From the NCBI GenBank assembly GCA_023382335.1, contig JAMCPM010000011.1:65229-129228 (forward strand): a stretch of 64,000 bases of DNA, read 5' to 3'. The notes below the pieces were generated by a model. It was not told where the DNA came from and ran no database searches. It saw only the letters and a list, made by a program, of their open reading frames with translations. The number at the start of each line of letters is the position of its first letter. Positions within the stretch are counted from its first letter, which is position 1. The DNA is from Actinomycetota bacterium (GTDB lineage: Bacteria > Actinomycetota > Thermoleophilia > BMS3ABIN01). Shown piece by piece: positions 19,780 through 30,346 of this stretch. A program made the translations under genes and the position numbers.

Positions 19780-21400
19780 TTACTTCTTTATCGTTATGGC
19801 AAGGATGGCGATGTCATCCGACAGCCGGCATCCGGTAAAATCCGAAACGGCGTCATAGATGCCGGAGGGGAGATCGCTTGCCGGCAGCCCCCGCAGGTCC
19901 TGCACACGACCGATGAGCCGACGTTCGCCGAACAGCTCGTCTTTTTTCCTTGCTTCGATAACGTCGTCCGTATACAGGACCAGGGTCTCGCCCGCCAGCA
20001 GGGTCTGCTGGTGCCCGGTAAAGGCGAAGTCGTCGAAAGCGCCGACCGGAGGCGATCCATCGCTCAGTACCCGAGCGGTGGACGTGCCGGTGATAATGGG
20101 GGCTGAATGGCCCGCGCGGCACCAGGTCAACGTTCTCGTGCCGACATCGCTCGAACAGATCGTAGAAATCTCCACCCACCTCCATCGTCTCAGTCGCCGA
20201 GCGGTAAAGATGACCGATATCGATGCCGGGCATCGCTGCCGGCAGCGTCAGGATCGCTTCCTGCAGGGTATGGGCGATGTTGCCTTCGATCTCATAAAGC
20301 CGCGCGTTCTCGATCGCCAGGGAGATAGCGGCGGCGGTCTTGACGGCAAAATCGAGTTGCGCCTGGCTGAAAGCCGCAGGTTTTGACAGGGAAGCAAAAG
20401 CTATGTCGCCGATGACTTCCTTTTTCACGATCAGCGGTACTGAAAGCGGCGAGCGGATCCCCAGCTTCCCGGCCAGCTCCGGGTCGATCCTTTCATCCGT
20501 CCGCGCATCCAGGACCACCACCGGCTTGCGTGTCTGGCTTATCAGATTGAGGTGCATGGCGTTCCGGCCGGCCACGACCGGCCCGTTGAATTCCTCAGGA
20601 AAGCCGAACGTGTATCGCATCACCCAATGGTCGCCGTCGCGCAGCGAGATCGCCATTGCCTCACAGCCCATCTCCAGCGCCGCCTCCTTTTTACCGGCTG
20701 CATTATCTCTTCGAATTCGAGGGTGGAATGGATGATCTCGTTGATGTCATCGAGGGCATCGCTCAGCGCCTCGGCCTCCTTGCGCTCGCTGATGTCCTGG
20801 AATACCGAAACGACCGCCAAAACCCGGTCGTTCTGAAGGCTCTGCGTGGCTATGAAAGCGGTCGGAAAGATGACGCCGTCCTTTCTGACAAAGACGTCGG
20901 CGTCAGACCTGTAAGGCCTTCGCGTCCGGAACACACCCAGAGTCGGGCAGTCTGCTGCCGGATAAGGTGTGCCGTCGGCATGCTTGCCGTGAACAAGTTC
21001 GTGTACGTTCCTGCCCCCGAAGCACTTTTTCGTTTCAGCCCCAAAGCCGCTCGGCGGCGGGATTCATGAAAATAAGACGGGCTTTATCGTCGAGCACATA
21101 TACACCGTCACCCATCGCCGCCGTTATCTCACGCATCTGTTTTTCACTAGTTCTGAGAGCTTCCCTGGTCTGCTGTACCCTCTTGAGCATAAACAGGGCC
21201 GACAGCGAATAGATTGCGAGGATCGATATGACAAAGGCTCGTTCATATATCTTGTAGGCCTCGGGATGGAATGCCTCCTCGATCAGACTTATGCCTTCTG
21301 AATCAAAAAATAAGTATCGACCAGGATATCAACGATGAAATACAGGACGCCGAGCCCGATTCCTAGCAACAGGATCCTTGCCGATGTCAGACAGCTTCAT
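19780..21400 (-). pseudogene. Decayed sensor phosphatase gene: 2-TM N-terminus, PAS, GAF and PP2C/SpoIIE domains split across three reading frames by at least four frameshifts
   Basis: Domain segments are contiguous but in different frames; shifts near 21305-21310 (A6 run), about 21045, about 20690 and about 20110-20175. Confidence 0.55.
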
Positions 21401-21559
21401 CAAGCGTGACGTCCCTCGGTGTGTTTCCGGGCCTCCGTCATACCGCTTCAACCCTTACCAGTAAGAACGGACTCCCGGAGACACAGCTGAAGTGCGGCAG
21501 GCGCCGCGTGTTGTCCGGCTGTTGACAGTGACAACGCTTATGATGGAAGGTATGAAATC

Positions 21560-22255
21560 ATGAACAGTGGTTCCTACATCGTGATAATCGCCATCGTCGC
21601 CGCTGCTGCCGGCGCCGCATCGCTGATGAGCAAGAGGATGAAACAAAGGCGCAGTGAGGCGCTCAGGAAGGATGCCACGCTGCTCGGCCTGGATTTCACC
21701 GCGGAGCCGGAGCGCAGCAGCGTCGCGCAGATCGCTTCTGGCTTCGAGCTCTTCCAGAAGGGGAGCCGCAAGGGAGACCCACTGAACCTGTTGGAGGGGG
21801 AGGCCTCCGGCTTACGGGTGCACTGCTTCGACTATTCGTATTTCAACGAGACTTCGAGCTACTCGGGCGGAAATTACCATCACAATGAATCCGCACAGCG
21901 GCTGACGGTGGCAATCTTCGAACTGGGCCCCGTCACCCTGCCGGCTTTTTTACTCAAGAAAGCGGGGATGGCAGACCGCATCAAGGACAAGCTCGGCATG
22001 CACGATATCGACATCCCCGGCTTTGTGCAGTTCTCGGACGAGTACTGGTTGCAGGGCGACGACCCGTCGCGGTTGCAGACGTTCTTCGGAGAGGATCTCG
22101 CCGGTGCCATCGCCGGGCACGGCCTGGAGAAGGGTGAAGCGCTGGAAGGCCGCGATAGCAGGCTGATGTTCTACGCACGCCAGACCGACGCCTTTACCGC
22201 ATTCATTCGCAGGGCCGGCGAGTTCGCACAGATGTTCGCATCTTCCGCCAGCTGA
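21560..22255 (+). CDS. Hypothetical membrane-anchored protein
   Basis: 231-aa ORF, N-terminal TM anchor IVIIAIVAAAAGAASL, no recognisable domain. Confidence 0.4.
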   Translation: MNSGSYIVIIAIVAAAAGAASLMSKRMKQRRSEALRKDATLLGLDFTAEPERSSVAQIASGFELFQKGSRKGDPLNLLEGEASGLRVHCFDYSYFNETSSYSGGNYHHNESAQRLTVAIFELGPVTLPAFLLKKAGMADRIKDKLGMHDIDIPGFVQFSDEYWLQGDDPSRLQTFFGEDLAGAIAGHGLEKGEALEGRDSRLMFYARQTDAFTAFIRRAGEFAQMFASSAS

Positions 22256-22334
22256 ACGCCGCAGTTTATTTTCCGTCAAGCCGGGTACCAATCTCATGAT
22301 CTGTCTTCCGCACAAGGAGCATCGCGTGACAACC

Positions 22335-23258
22335 ATGAGAGCCATAAGGATCCACTCGTTCGGCGGCCCGCAGGTCCTGACTTACGAAGAGGCGCCGGTG
22401 CCCGAGCCGGCTGCCGGCGAGGTGCTCATAAGGGTGCGTGCCGCAGGCGTGAACCCTATCGACTGGAAGGTGCGCCAGGGGATGTTCGGGGAGCGCCGGT
22501 TGCCGCTGATCCCGGGATGGGATGTGTCCGGCGTCATCGAGAAAGCCGGTGAGGGAGTCACCGGGTTCTCGCCCGGCGACGAAGTCTACTCGCTGCTCGA
22601 CCGCGGCCGTGACGGGTGCTATGCACAGTTCGCCGCCAGCGATGCCGCGATCATTGCCGCCAAGCCTGTTTCAATCGATCACATCCATGCAGCAGCCGTG
22701 CCGCTGGCGGGCCTGGCCGCCTGGCAATCGCTCTTCGATCTGGGCGGGCTTTCTCCGGGCCAGAGGATCCTGATACATGGCTCTGCCGGGGGCCTGGGTC
22801 ATTATGCTGTGCAGTACGCCAAATGGAAGGGCGCATACGTGATCGGCACCGCGTCCGCAGCTGACGCTGCTTTCGTCAAGAGCCTGGGCGCAGATGAGGT
22901 CATCGATTATCAGGCAACACGCTTCGAGGATGTTGTCAAAGAAACGGATGTGGTCTTCGATGTCATCGGCGGCGATACCCAGGAGCGGTCATGGCAGGTG
23001 CTCAGGAAGGGCGGCGTGCTGGTATCGACTCTGGGCATCGCTTCCCCGGAAAAGGCCGAGCAGCTGGGAGTGGAGGCCAAAGGACTGATGGTGCAGTCTG
23101 ACACCGCCCAGCTGACGGAGATCGCCGGTCTCATCGACGCCGGTATCGTCAGGCCCCGGGTTCAGTCGGTGATGCCTCTGGCCGACGCCGCCGAAGCTCA
23201 CGAGCTGGTGCAGGCCGGCAAGGTGCACGGCAAGCTCGTGCTCGAGGTCGAGGACTGA
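22335..23258 (+). CDS. Zn-independent medium-chain dehydrogenase/reductase (quinone oxidoreductase-like)
   Basis: MRAIRIHSFGGPQVLTYEE start, GSAGGLGHYAVQYAK NAD(P)-binding motif. Confidence 0.8.
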   Translation: MRAIRIHSFGGPQVLTYEEAPVPEPAAGEVLIRVRAAGVNPIDWKVRQGMFGERRLPLIPGWDVSGVIEKAGEGVTGFSPGDEVYSLLDRGRDGCYAQFAASDAAIIAAKPVSIDHIHAAAVPLAGLAAWQSLFDLGGLSPGQRILIHGSAGGLGHYAVQYAKWKGAYVIGTASAADAAFVKSLGADEVIDYQATRFEDVVKETDVVFDVIGGDTQERSWQVLRKGGVLVSTLGIASPEKAEQLGVEAKGLMVQSDTAQLTEIAGLIDAGIVRPRVQSVMPLADAAEAHELVQAGKVHGKLVLEVED

Positions 23259-23327
23259 AAAAAGTTTTGGCCTTCCACGTCGAGGGGTATATGTAGCCCA
23301 ACTCTTGACCGCAACAGGGAGGGCAAT

Positions 23328-24464
23328 GTGGCAACCGGAAATCAAACTCGCCTTTATCGTATTTTCATTGCTATTACGCTGCTGTCGCTACTGCTGGCCT
23401 CGGCCGGCTGCGGCACGTCGGCTTCCAATCAGACCACGGTAGTCACAAGCGCCGCCGGCGACGAAATAGAGGCGGTGACGGGTGACTTCGAGCACGCCAT
23501 CAGCGTCGTCTCCCAACAGGTCAAGCCCGCGGTCGTGCAGATAACAGGCCAGCAGACCCAGTCAGGGCAGTTCAACCAGCCGTTCACAGTGCCGACCGGT
23601 GTCGGCTCCGGGATCATCTATGACAAGAGCGGCCTGGTTCTGACCAATAACCACGTGGTGCAGGGCGCGCAGAGCCTGCTGGTCTCGCTTCCCGATGGGC
23701 GCTCCTTCCAGGGCCAGCTTGTGGGCGGCGACGCCCAGACGGATATCGCCGTGGTCAAGCTCCAGGGCGACAACCTCAACCTGCCGGTAGCGCCCCTGGG
23801 AGATTCCAACAACCTGCAGGTGGGCGACTGGGTGGTCGCCATCGGCAACGCCCTGGCGCTATCGGGCGGACCGACCGTGACCAAGGGAGTGATCAGCGCT
23901 CTGGGCAGGGCGGTCCAGGAACCTGGCGACACGTCAACAACACAGGGTCCCTTCCTGTTCAACGTTATTCAGACTGATGCTCCCATCAACCCGGGCAATT
24001 CCGGCGGACCGCTGGTTTCGCTCAACGGGGAAGTGATGGGTATCAATACCCTGGTGGCGGGTTCTGATGCCTCCGGAGCCACGACCCAGGGCATCGGCTT
24101 TGCCATCTCGACGGCGACCGCCAAGCCGATCGCCGATCAGCTGGTCGCCAGCGGGAAGGTAGTCCATCCATATGTGGGGATAAGCTATACGCCGCTCGAC
24201 GCCTTCACCGCTTCACACCTCGGCATAACCGGAACCACGGACGGCGCCCTGGTCACGCAGGTTGCCGCGGGTTCGCCCGCCGATGGCGCTGGCATTCAGG
24301 CCCGCGACGTCATCACAGCGGTCGACGGCACTGCCATAGTGGGGGATTCGGCCTTTGCGCAGATAATCTCATCGCACAAACCAGGGGATACGGTGTCGAT
24401 GACCGTGCTGAGGGGTACGGACAAACTCACCATGCAGGTGACGCTAGCCACCATGCCGGGGTAG
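23328..24464 (+). CDS. HtrA/DegP-family S1C serine protease lipoprotein with C-terminal PDZ domain
   Basis: Lipobox LASAGCG; catalytic triad context (TNNHVV, DIAVVKL, GNSGGPL); PDZ GALVTQVAAGSPADGAGIQARDVITAVDG. Confidence 0.85.
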   Translation: MATGNQTRLYRIFIAITLLSLLLASAGCGTSASNQTTVVTSAAGDEIEAVTGDFEHAISVVSQQVKPAVVQITGQQTQSGQFNQPFTVPTGVGSGIIYDKSGLVLTNNHVVQGAQSLLVSLPDGRSFQGQLVGGDAQTDIAVVKLQGDNLNLPVAPLGDSNNLQVGDWVVAIGNALALSGGPTVTKGVISALGRAVQEPGDTSTTQGPFLFNVIQTDAPINPGNSGGPLVSLNGEVMGINTLVAGSDASGATTQGIGFAISTATAKPIADQLVASGKVVHPYVGISYTPLDAFTASHLGITGTTDGALVTQVAAGSPADGAGIQARDVITAVDGTAIVGDSAFAQIISSHKPGDTVSMTVLRGTDKLTMQVTLATMPG

Positions 24465-24499
24465 GCCCAGCGCCACCACCAGCCGAGACGCTGCCGTGG

Positions 24500-24870
24500 G
24501 CGATGCCCTCTACGGGGAACGAGACGCGTTCGCCTCGCTGCATCGAGCCCAGGAAGTCCATCAGCGGCCAGTAGTGGTCGGGTGTGGGTATCGAGAGCAG
24601 GGCGCAGGGCGGCCCCGCCAAGTCTTTCGTATTCGATCAGGCTCTGGTGATCCCCGGCCTCGATGAGCCCGCGGGCGATGCCGTCGAACTCGCGGGCCCA
24701 GTCAAAAGGCTCGGCCTCGCGGTCGTAGCGGATGCGCCCGAGATTGTGCACGATGTTTCCGCTTGCCATGATGAGCACTCGCCGCTCGCGCAGACTCGAG
24801 AGCTCGCCGCCGGCCGGGGCAACTGCTCGTCCAGCCGCGCCCAGGCGCGCACATAGGCATCCTTGCTCTT
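24500..24870 (-). pseudogene. Remnant of a LigB-type class III extradiol dioxygenase (C-terminal third only, internally frameshifted)
   Basis: Frame 1 VLIMASGNIVHNLGRIRYD...EYERLGGAALRPALDTH; adjacent frame DAYVRAWARLDEQLP; N-terminal catalytic half absent; 3' part of the ORF is antisense to htrA. Confidence 0.4.
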
Positions 24871-25080
24871 GGCTCTCGCTCAATACGGATGCTATTTCCC
24901 GCTTATTGCCAAATTAACCATTTGCGCGTACTCTTAAATAACGTAGGTAGACGCAAAAGTAGTGTTAGCGGTTTGAAATCCGATTCGATCTCCGTTGTAC
25001 ATTGTGAGTCCCCAGCTCACGCTCTCGTTCTTCGGATCGGCGATCTTGTTCCCCGCTTTTATCCTGAGGAAAGATCCAGC

Positions 25081-26196
25081 ATGCAGGATTCACGCAGGAC
25101 GACATCCCAGATCAAGGGGTTGGCAATCGTCGTGGTAGTGTTCGCCCACTTCTCGAGCCTCTATGCCATGGATTTCTACAGCCGATGGTTCACCGAATAC
25201 GCCTCGGCCATCGTCGCCTTCTTCTTCGTCCTCAGCGGTTATGGCATCTTCTTCTCCCTGGAGCGCGGCTTCGAACAGGCGCCATCAGCCTGGAGGGCTT
25301 CTTTTTCATTCGCCTACAGGCGCCTGGTGCGCATCTATCCGCTCTACTGGCTGGCGCTGGTCACCATCCCGCTCTTCTACATGCCGGACCAGGCCCATTA
25401 CGACGCGATGTATCATTCCGGCTTCAGATCGGTCCTGATCTGGATGGGGTTTCCGCTTATCAGGAATGACGAGCTCTGGTTCATCACAGCCATCCTGCAG
25501 TGTTACTGGGTGGCGCCGCTGATATACGTGATGATGCGCCGGCTGGGGACGATGAAGTCGCTGGTCATGGTGGCGGCCGGTCTCGCCGGGGCCTTCCTGG
25601 TGTCGGCATTCTTTTACCTGCAGGAATACAGCCTGCTGCATCTTCCCTACGTCGAGCCCTCGACGGTCGTCTTCTACCGGAATTTCTTCCTGGGGAATAT
25701 CGTCCTGTTCTCCACGGGAATGGCGATCGCGCCGCTGTCGCGAAGGCGGACGCCGCTGCTGGCGAACAGGCCCGCGCTGGCGCTGCTTGCCGGCGCTACG
25801 CTGCTGCTGCTCTATTCGATCAGGGTCCCCGACAAGTTCTTCCAGCATTCGGAGCTATACCTGATGCCGTTCCTATATATAGCGCTGGTCCTGTTCTGCC
25901 TGGCGGCGATCGTCAACCGCTTGAGCGTGCCGCCGTTTCGCGCATGGAAGTTTCTGGGGGATCATTCCTATACCGTCTACCTTTTCCATTACCAGCTGAT
26001 CTGGCTGCTGTGGAATCTGGGGCTCAGCGAAATGTCCCTGCCCTGGAGGGTGACGATCGTTCTGGCGGTCATGCCGCCTTTCCTTCTGCTTTGCCTGGGC
26101 ATCGAAAAGGGAGCGGCTTATCCCAGGAAGAGGCTGGAGAGGCTATTCCGGCCCCGCCGGCCTATCGAAGCTGAGGCTCCGGCAATCGAAGCCTGA
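25081..26196 (+). CDS. Acyltransferase family 3 membrane protein
   Basis: 10 TM helices, N-terminal KGLAIVVVVFAHF motif typical of acyltransferase_3. Confidence 0.75.
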   Translation: MQDSRRTTSQIKGLAIVVVVFAHFSSLYAMDFYSRWFTEYASAIVAFFFVLSGYGIFFSLERGFEQAPSAWRASFSFAYRRLVRIYPLYWLALVTIPLFYMPDQAHYDAMYHSGFRSVLIWMGFPLIRNDELWFITAILQCYWVAPLIYVMMRRLGTMKSLVMVAAGLAGAFLVSAFFYLQEYSLLHLPYVEPSTVVFYRNFFLGNIVLFSTGMAIAPLSRRRTPLLANRPALALLAGATLLLLYSIRVPDKFFQHSELYLMPFLYIALVLFCLAAIVNRLSVPPFRAWKFLGDHSYTVYLFHYQLIWLLWNLGLSEMSLPWRVTIVLAVMPPFLLLCLGIEKGAAYPRKRLERLFRPRRPIEAEAPAIEA

Positions 26197-26208
26197 GGCG
26201 TCGGCCGG

Positions 26209-26706
26209 CTAGCGAAAGGCCGAGACCCGCTCCATGAAGGCGGCGATGGCTGGAGCGTCTTCAAGCCCGGTCTCTTCCGCGACGGGCAGTTCCGGGAAGG
26301 CCGACTGAATGAGCCGTGCGAAGATGCCGGCGGTCGTGCCGGGGCCATCAGCGGCCAGGCTGACGGCCAGGCCGCAGTTGGGCGAGCGGCTTTTGAAAAC
26401 AAAACCCCTTGGCCCCTCACCGGCAAGTTCGCCTATACGGAGCCGGGCCCAGTCTTCCATCCTTGCCGTATGGTCTTTGCCGCTGTATATGCATTTGAGC
26501 CTCAGACCATCGGGTGATTCCGTCAGTGACATCTCTTCCCTGGGAACCGGGAGGCCGCATTCGACCTCCGGGCAGACCGGCAGCCACCGGACCGCCTCGC
26601 CCAGCTCCTCGATGAGCCGGGCCTGCAGTCTGTTGCCGCCGTCGTAGCGAAGGTTCTCGCCCAGGAGACAGGCGCTGATGCCGATTTTTATTTTTTGCAT
26701 TGCCAA
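26209..26706 (-). CDS. DUF523-family protein (TudS-like putative Fe-S desulfidase family)
   Basis: MQKIKIGISACLLGENLRYDGG...WLPVCPEVECGLPVP conserved Cys pattern of DUF523. Confidence 0.55.
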   Translation of the reverse strand: MAMQKIKIGISACLLGENLRYDGGNRLQARLIEELGEAVRWLPVCPEVECGLPVPREEMSLTESPDGLRLKCIYSGKDHTARMEDWARLRIGELAGEGPRGFVFKSRSPNCGLAVSLAADGPGTTAGIFARLIQSAFPELPVAEETGLEDAPAIAAFMERVSAFR

Positions 26707-27539
26707 AAGCGGTCCTCCAGTATCATTATATTGCCGTGGACAAGCTATTACATTCCGGTGAAGACTTAGTGACGCGAAACCAGGAGCCGCTTCCGTTGGC
26801 GCCGCTGACCCTGTTTCCCGACGAACCGGGGCCCGGCTATACCATCCGTGAGAGCAGGCGCGCCCGCAACATCAGGCTGAACATGACTCCCCGCGACGGC
26901 CTGGTGGTGGTCGTGCCCGCCGGCTACAACCTAAAGCGCATCCCGGAATTCCTCAGGGAAAAACAGTCCTGGATCGAGAAAGCCCGGGTCTGGGCCGACG
27001 AACAGCGGCAGATCATGGCGCTGCGGCCGGTGGCCTGCATCCCTGAGTCGATCGAGCTGCGGGCGGTGGGGGAGACCTGGGAGGTGTCTGCGCGCCAGAG
27101 CTCTTCGGGCAGGGCGGTCGCCCGCGAACACGGCGGCCGCCAGCTGGTCCTTTCGGGTCCGCTCGGCGATACGGCGGCCTGCCTGGCGGCGCTCAACCGC
27201 TGGACCGGCCGGCAGGCCCGCATCCAGTTCGTTCCCTGGCTTGACCGGCTCAGCCGCGAGACCGGGATCGAATACGCCAGCCTGAGCATCGGCAATCAGC
27301 GCTCGCGCTGGGGCAGCTGCTCGCCTCAGGGAAAGATCAGCCTAAACCGCAAACTGCTGTTCCTGCCCGAAAGGGTGGTGAGGTATGTGCTGATTCACGA
27401 GTTATGTCACCTGGTTCATATGAATCATTCCAAGCGATTCTGGTCCCGGGTGCGCCGCCATGAGCCGGCCTGCAAGGAGCTTCGCAGGGAGCTCGGAGAT
27501 TCGTGGCATCTGATACCAACATGGATCGAACGAACCTGA
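26700..27539 (+). CDS. YgjP/DUF45-family zinc metallohydrolase (M48-like HExxH), start uncertain
   Basis: LIHELCHLVHMNHSKRFW metal-binding motif near C-terminus. Confidence 0.7.
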   Translation: MPKAVLQYHYIAVDKLLHSGEDLVTRNQEPLPLAPLTLFPDEPGPGYTIRESRRARNIRLNMTPRDGLVVVVPAGYNLKRIPEFLREKQSWIEKARVWADEQRQIMALRPVACIPESIELRAVGETWEVSARQSSSGRAVAREHGGRQLVLSGPLGDTAACLAALNRWTGRQARIQFVPWLDRLSRETGIEYASLSIGNQRSRWGSCSPQGKISLNRKLLFLPERVVRYVLIHELCHLVHMNHSKRFWSRVRRHEPACKELRRELGDSWHLIPTWIERT

Positions 27540-27856
27540 AAAAGTGGAGCAAAAGGGCCTGATAAGCCTGATAAGAAAGACTAATAAAAACGCCTCGTTT
27601 GCTTCTTGAAACGAATACTCCCATCGGTATACAATACCCTCCGCGCGGTAAATTCAGCGTCGAGCCCTGCAGTCTTCCGCGTTTCATTCACGAGCAACAC
27701 CCGAATTTATAAGCCGTTTCCAAGCGACCGGAGATTTCGTCGCTTCAGGTCCTGCCAGCTTTACTGATTTTTACTGTCTTTATATATGCAAGGTTGACCG
27801 GAATTATTTTCTGTTCCCGTCAACGCAATTACTGTGCCATCTAAATGGAGGCGAGT

Positions 27857-28501
27857 GTGAGACTAGTATTATTGGGAGCACCAGGGGCGGGTAAAGGTAC
27901 GCAGGCAAAGAAGCTTATCGAGAAATACAACATGCCGCAGATCTCCACAGGCGATCTCCTGCGCGCGGCAGTCGGTGAGGGTACCGACCTCGGCAAGGAA
28001 GCAAAGTCTTTTATGGACAAGGGCGAGCTCGTGCCCGACAGCGTCGTGCTCGGTATGGTGGAGGAGCGCCTGCAGAAGGACGACGCCAGGAACGGTTTCA
28101 TCCTCGACGGCTTCCCGCGCAACACCGCTCAGGCCGAAGCTCTCGACGCGATGCTGGAGAAGCTGGGCATGCCGCTCGATGCCGCCCTCAGCGTCGACGT
28201 TCCCCTCGAAGACCTGATGAAGCGCTTGACCGGCCGCCGGACCTGCAAGGGTTGCGGTCAGATGTACAACATCTATTTCAGCGCCCCGGCGACTGAAGAC
28301 GAGTGCGAGAAGTGCGGCGGAGAACTCTACCAGCGCGACGACGACCAGGAAGCCACCATCCAGAAGCGCCTGGAAGTCTACCAGGAGCAGACGGCGCCGC
28401 TCATCGACTATTATGGCAGCAAGGGCATCCTCAAATCTGTCAGCGGCACCGGCAACATCGACGAGATATTCAACAACGTCGTCTCGACGCTCGGACTGTA
28501 A
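27857..28501 (+). CDS. adk: Adenylate kinase (long form with Cys4 zinc-binding lid)
   Basis: GTG start after GGAGG; VRLVLLGAPGAGKGTQA P-loop; lid CKGCG...CEKCGG. Confidence 0.9.
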   Translation: MRLVLLGAPGAGKGTQAKKLIEKYNMPQISTGDLLRAAVGEGTDLGKEAKSFMDKGELVPDSVVLGMVEERLQKDDARNGFILDGFPRNTAQAEALDAMLEKLGMPLDAALSVDVPLEDLMKRLTGRRTCKGCGQMYNIYFSAPATEDECEKCGGELYQRDDDQEATIQKRLEVYQEQTAPLIDYYGSKGILKSVSGTGNIDEIFNNVVSTLGL

Positions 28502-28558
28502 AGCAGGAGTCCGCACGATCAATGTTAAGGAACAAATCCTAACAGGAGGGTTACGCGT

Positions 28559-29773
28559 ATGGCTTTGGTAAATCCACACGGCAAGGAAAAGAAGTTGATG
28601 CCACTATTACTGACGGGCGCCGAGCTGGCGGCGGAGCAGGAGAAGGCCAAGAGCCTGACCAAGGTTCGCATCTCCTCGCGCGAAGTGGGCGACCTGATCA
28701 TGATGGGCATCGGCGGCTTCACGCCGCTGACCGGCTTCATGACCAAGGCTGACTGGCAGGGCGTTTGCGAAAACTTCACCATGGCTGACGGCACTTTCTG
28801 GCCCATCCCCGTCACCGTTTCAACCACAGAGGGCCAGGCCAACGAGATCAAGGAAGGCGAAGAAGTCGCCCTGGTCTCCGAGGAGTCCGGCGAGGCCATG
28901 GCCACAATGACCGTCACCGAGAAGTACACCATCGACAAGGAACACGAGTGCCAGACCGTCTACACGACCACCGACATGGAGCATCCGGGCGTGGCAATGG
29001 TCATGAACCAGGAAGCAGTCAACCTGGCCGGCCCCGTGAAGGTCCTCTCGCAGGCGAACTTCCCCTCAGAGTATCCCGAGATCTACCTGACGCCGGCCCA
29101 GTCGCGCGCCATCTTCGAGGAAAAGGGCTGGAACACCGTGGCTGCTTTCCAGACCCGTAACCCGATGCACCGCTCCCACGAGTATCTGGCCAAGATCGCC
29201 ATCGAGACCTGCGACGGCGTCTTCATCCACATGCTGCTGGGCAAGCTCAAACCGGGCGACATCCCTTCAGACGTCCGCCAGCACGCCATCGACACCCTGA
29301 TCGAGGACTACTTCGTCAAGGACACCTGCGCCGTCGGCGGCTATCCGCTCGACATGCGTTATGCCGGCCCCAGGGAAGCGCTGCTGCACGCGCTCTTCCG
29401 CCAGAACTATGGATGCAGCCATCTGATCGTCGGCCGCGACCACGCCGGTGTCGGTGATTACTATGGGCCCTTCGATGCCCACCACATCTTCGATCAAATC
29501 CCGGCCGGCTCACTCGAGACCCAGCCGCTGAAGATCGACTGGACGTTTTACTGCACCAAATGCGACGGCATGGCCTCGATGCGCACCTGCCCGCACGGCA
29601 AGGAAGACCGCATGCTTCTCAGCGGCACCAAGCTGCGCAAGATGCTCTCCGAGGGCGACGATGTGCCCGATCACTTCAGCCGTCCTGAAGTCCTGACAAT
29701 CCTGCGCGAATACTACGAGGGTCTCACCGAGAAGGTCGAGATCAAGACGCATAAGTATTCGGAAGGTGTGTAA
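28559..29773 (+). CDS. sat: Sulfate adenylyltransferase (ATP sulfurylase)
   Basis: [11 protein letters not shown] and GRDHAGVG catalytic motifs; 404 aa. Confidence 0.9.
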   Translation: MALVNPHGKEKKLMPLLLTGAELAAEQEKAKSLTKVRISSREVGDLIMMGIGGFTPLTGFMTKADWQGVCENFTMADGTFWPIPVTVSTTEGQANEIKEGEEVALVSEESGEAMATMTVTEKYTIDKEHECQTVYTTTDMEHPGVAMVMNQEAVNLAGPVKVLSQANFPSEYPEIYLTPAQSRAIFEEKGWNTVAAFQTRNPMHRSHEYLAKIAIETCDGVFIHMLLGKLKPGDIPSDVRQHAIDTLIEDYFVKDTCAVGGYPLDMRYAGPREALLHALFRQNYGCSHLIVGRDHAGVGDYYGPFDAHHIFDQIPAGSLETQPLKIDWTFYCTKCDGMASMRTCPHGKEDRMLLSGTKLRKMLSEGDDVPDHFSRPEVLTILREYYEGLTEKVEIKTHKYSEGV

Positions 29774-29906
29774 AGCGGCGAGCAGCCGGAAAGAGTCTGG
29801 CCGCCAGCCTGTTAAATCTAGTCCCAGGAGAGGGGGTGCTGGATAGCAAAGCAGAAAAGAATCGATTTATGCAGCAATACCAATGTCAAGGAGGTTGGAA
29901 AACGAT

Positions 29907-30320
29907 ATGCCTAGTTTCGTGATTACAGAAAAGTGCGATGGCTGCAAGGGTCAGGACAAGACCGCTTGCATGTACATCTGCCCGCACGACCTGATGGTTC
30001 TCGATAAAGATAGAATGAAAGGCTACAACCAGGAACCGGAGCAGTGCTGGGAATGCTACAACTGCGTGAAGATCTGCCCGCAGCAGGCGATCGAGGTTCG
30101 CGGTTACGCTGACTTCGCTCCGCTTGGCGCTTCCGTTATTCCGATGCGGGGAACTGATTCCATCATGTGGACCCTCAAGTTCCGCAACGGTACGCTCAAG
30201 CGCTTCAAGTTCCCCATCAACCTGCGCCCTGAGGGCGTCAACGATCCCTATGCCGGAATGCCGGAGCCGAATTTCGACGACATCAAGAAGCCCGGCTTCT
30301 TCAATTTCGCGATCGACTGA
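29907..30320 (+). CDS. aprB: Adenylylsulfate reductase beta subunit
   Basis: MPSFVITEKCDGCKG...CMYICPHDLM...CWECYNCVKICP two [4Fe-4S] ferredoxin motifs followed by the AprB-specific tail. Confidence 0.9.
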   Translation: MPSFVITEKCDGCKGQDKTACMYICPHDLMVLDKDRMKGYNQEPEQCWECYNCVKICPQQAIEVRGYADFAPLGASVIPMRGTDSIMWTLKFRNGTLKRFKFPINLRPEGVNDPYAGMPEPNFDDIKKPGFFNFAID

Positions 30321-30346
30321 CAATTAGGCAGATAAGGAGATAGAGC

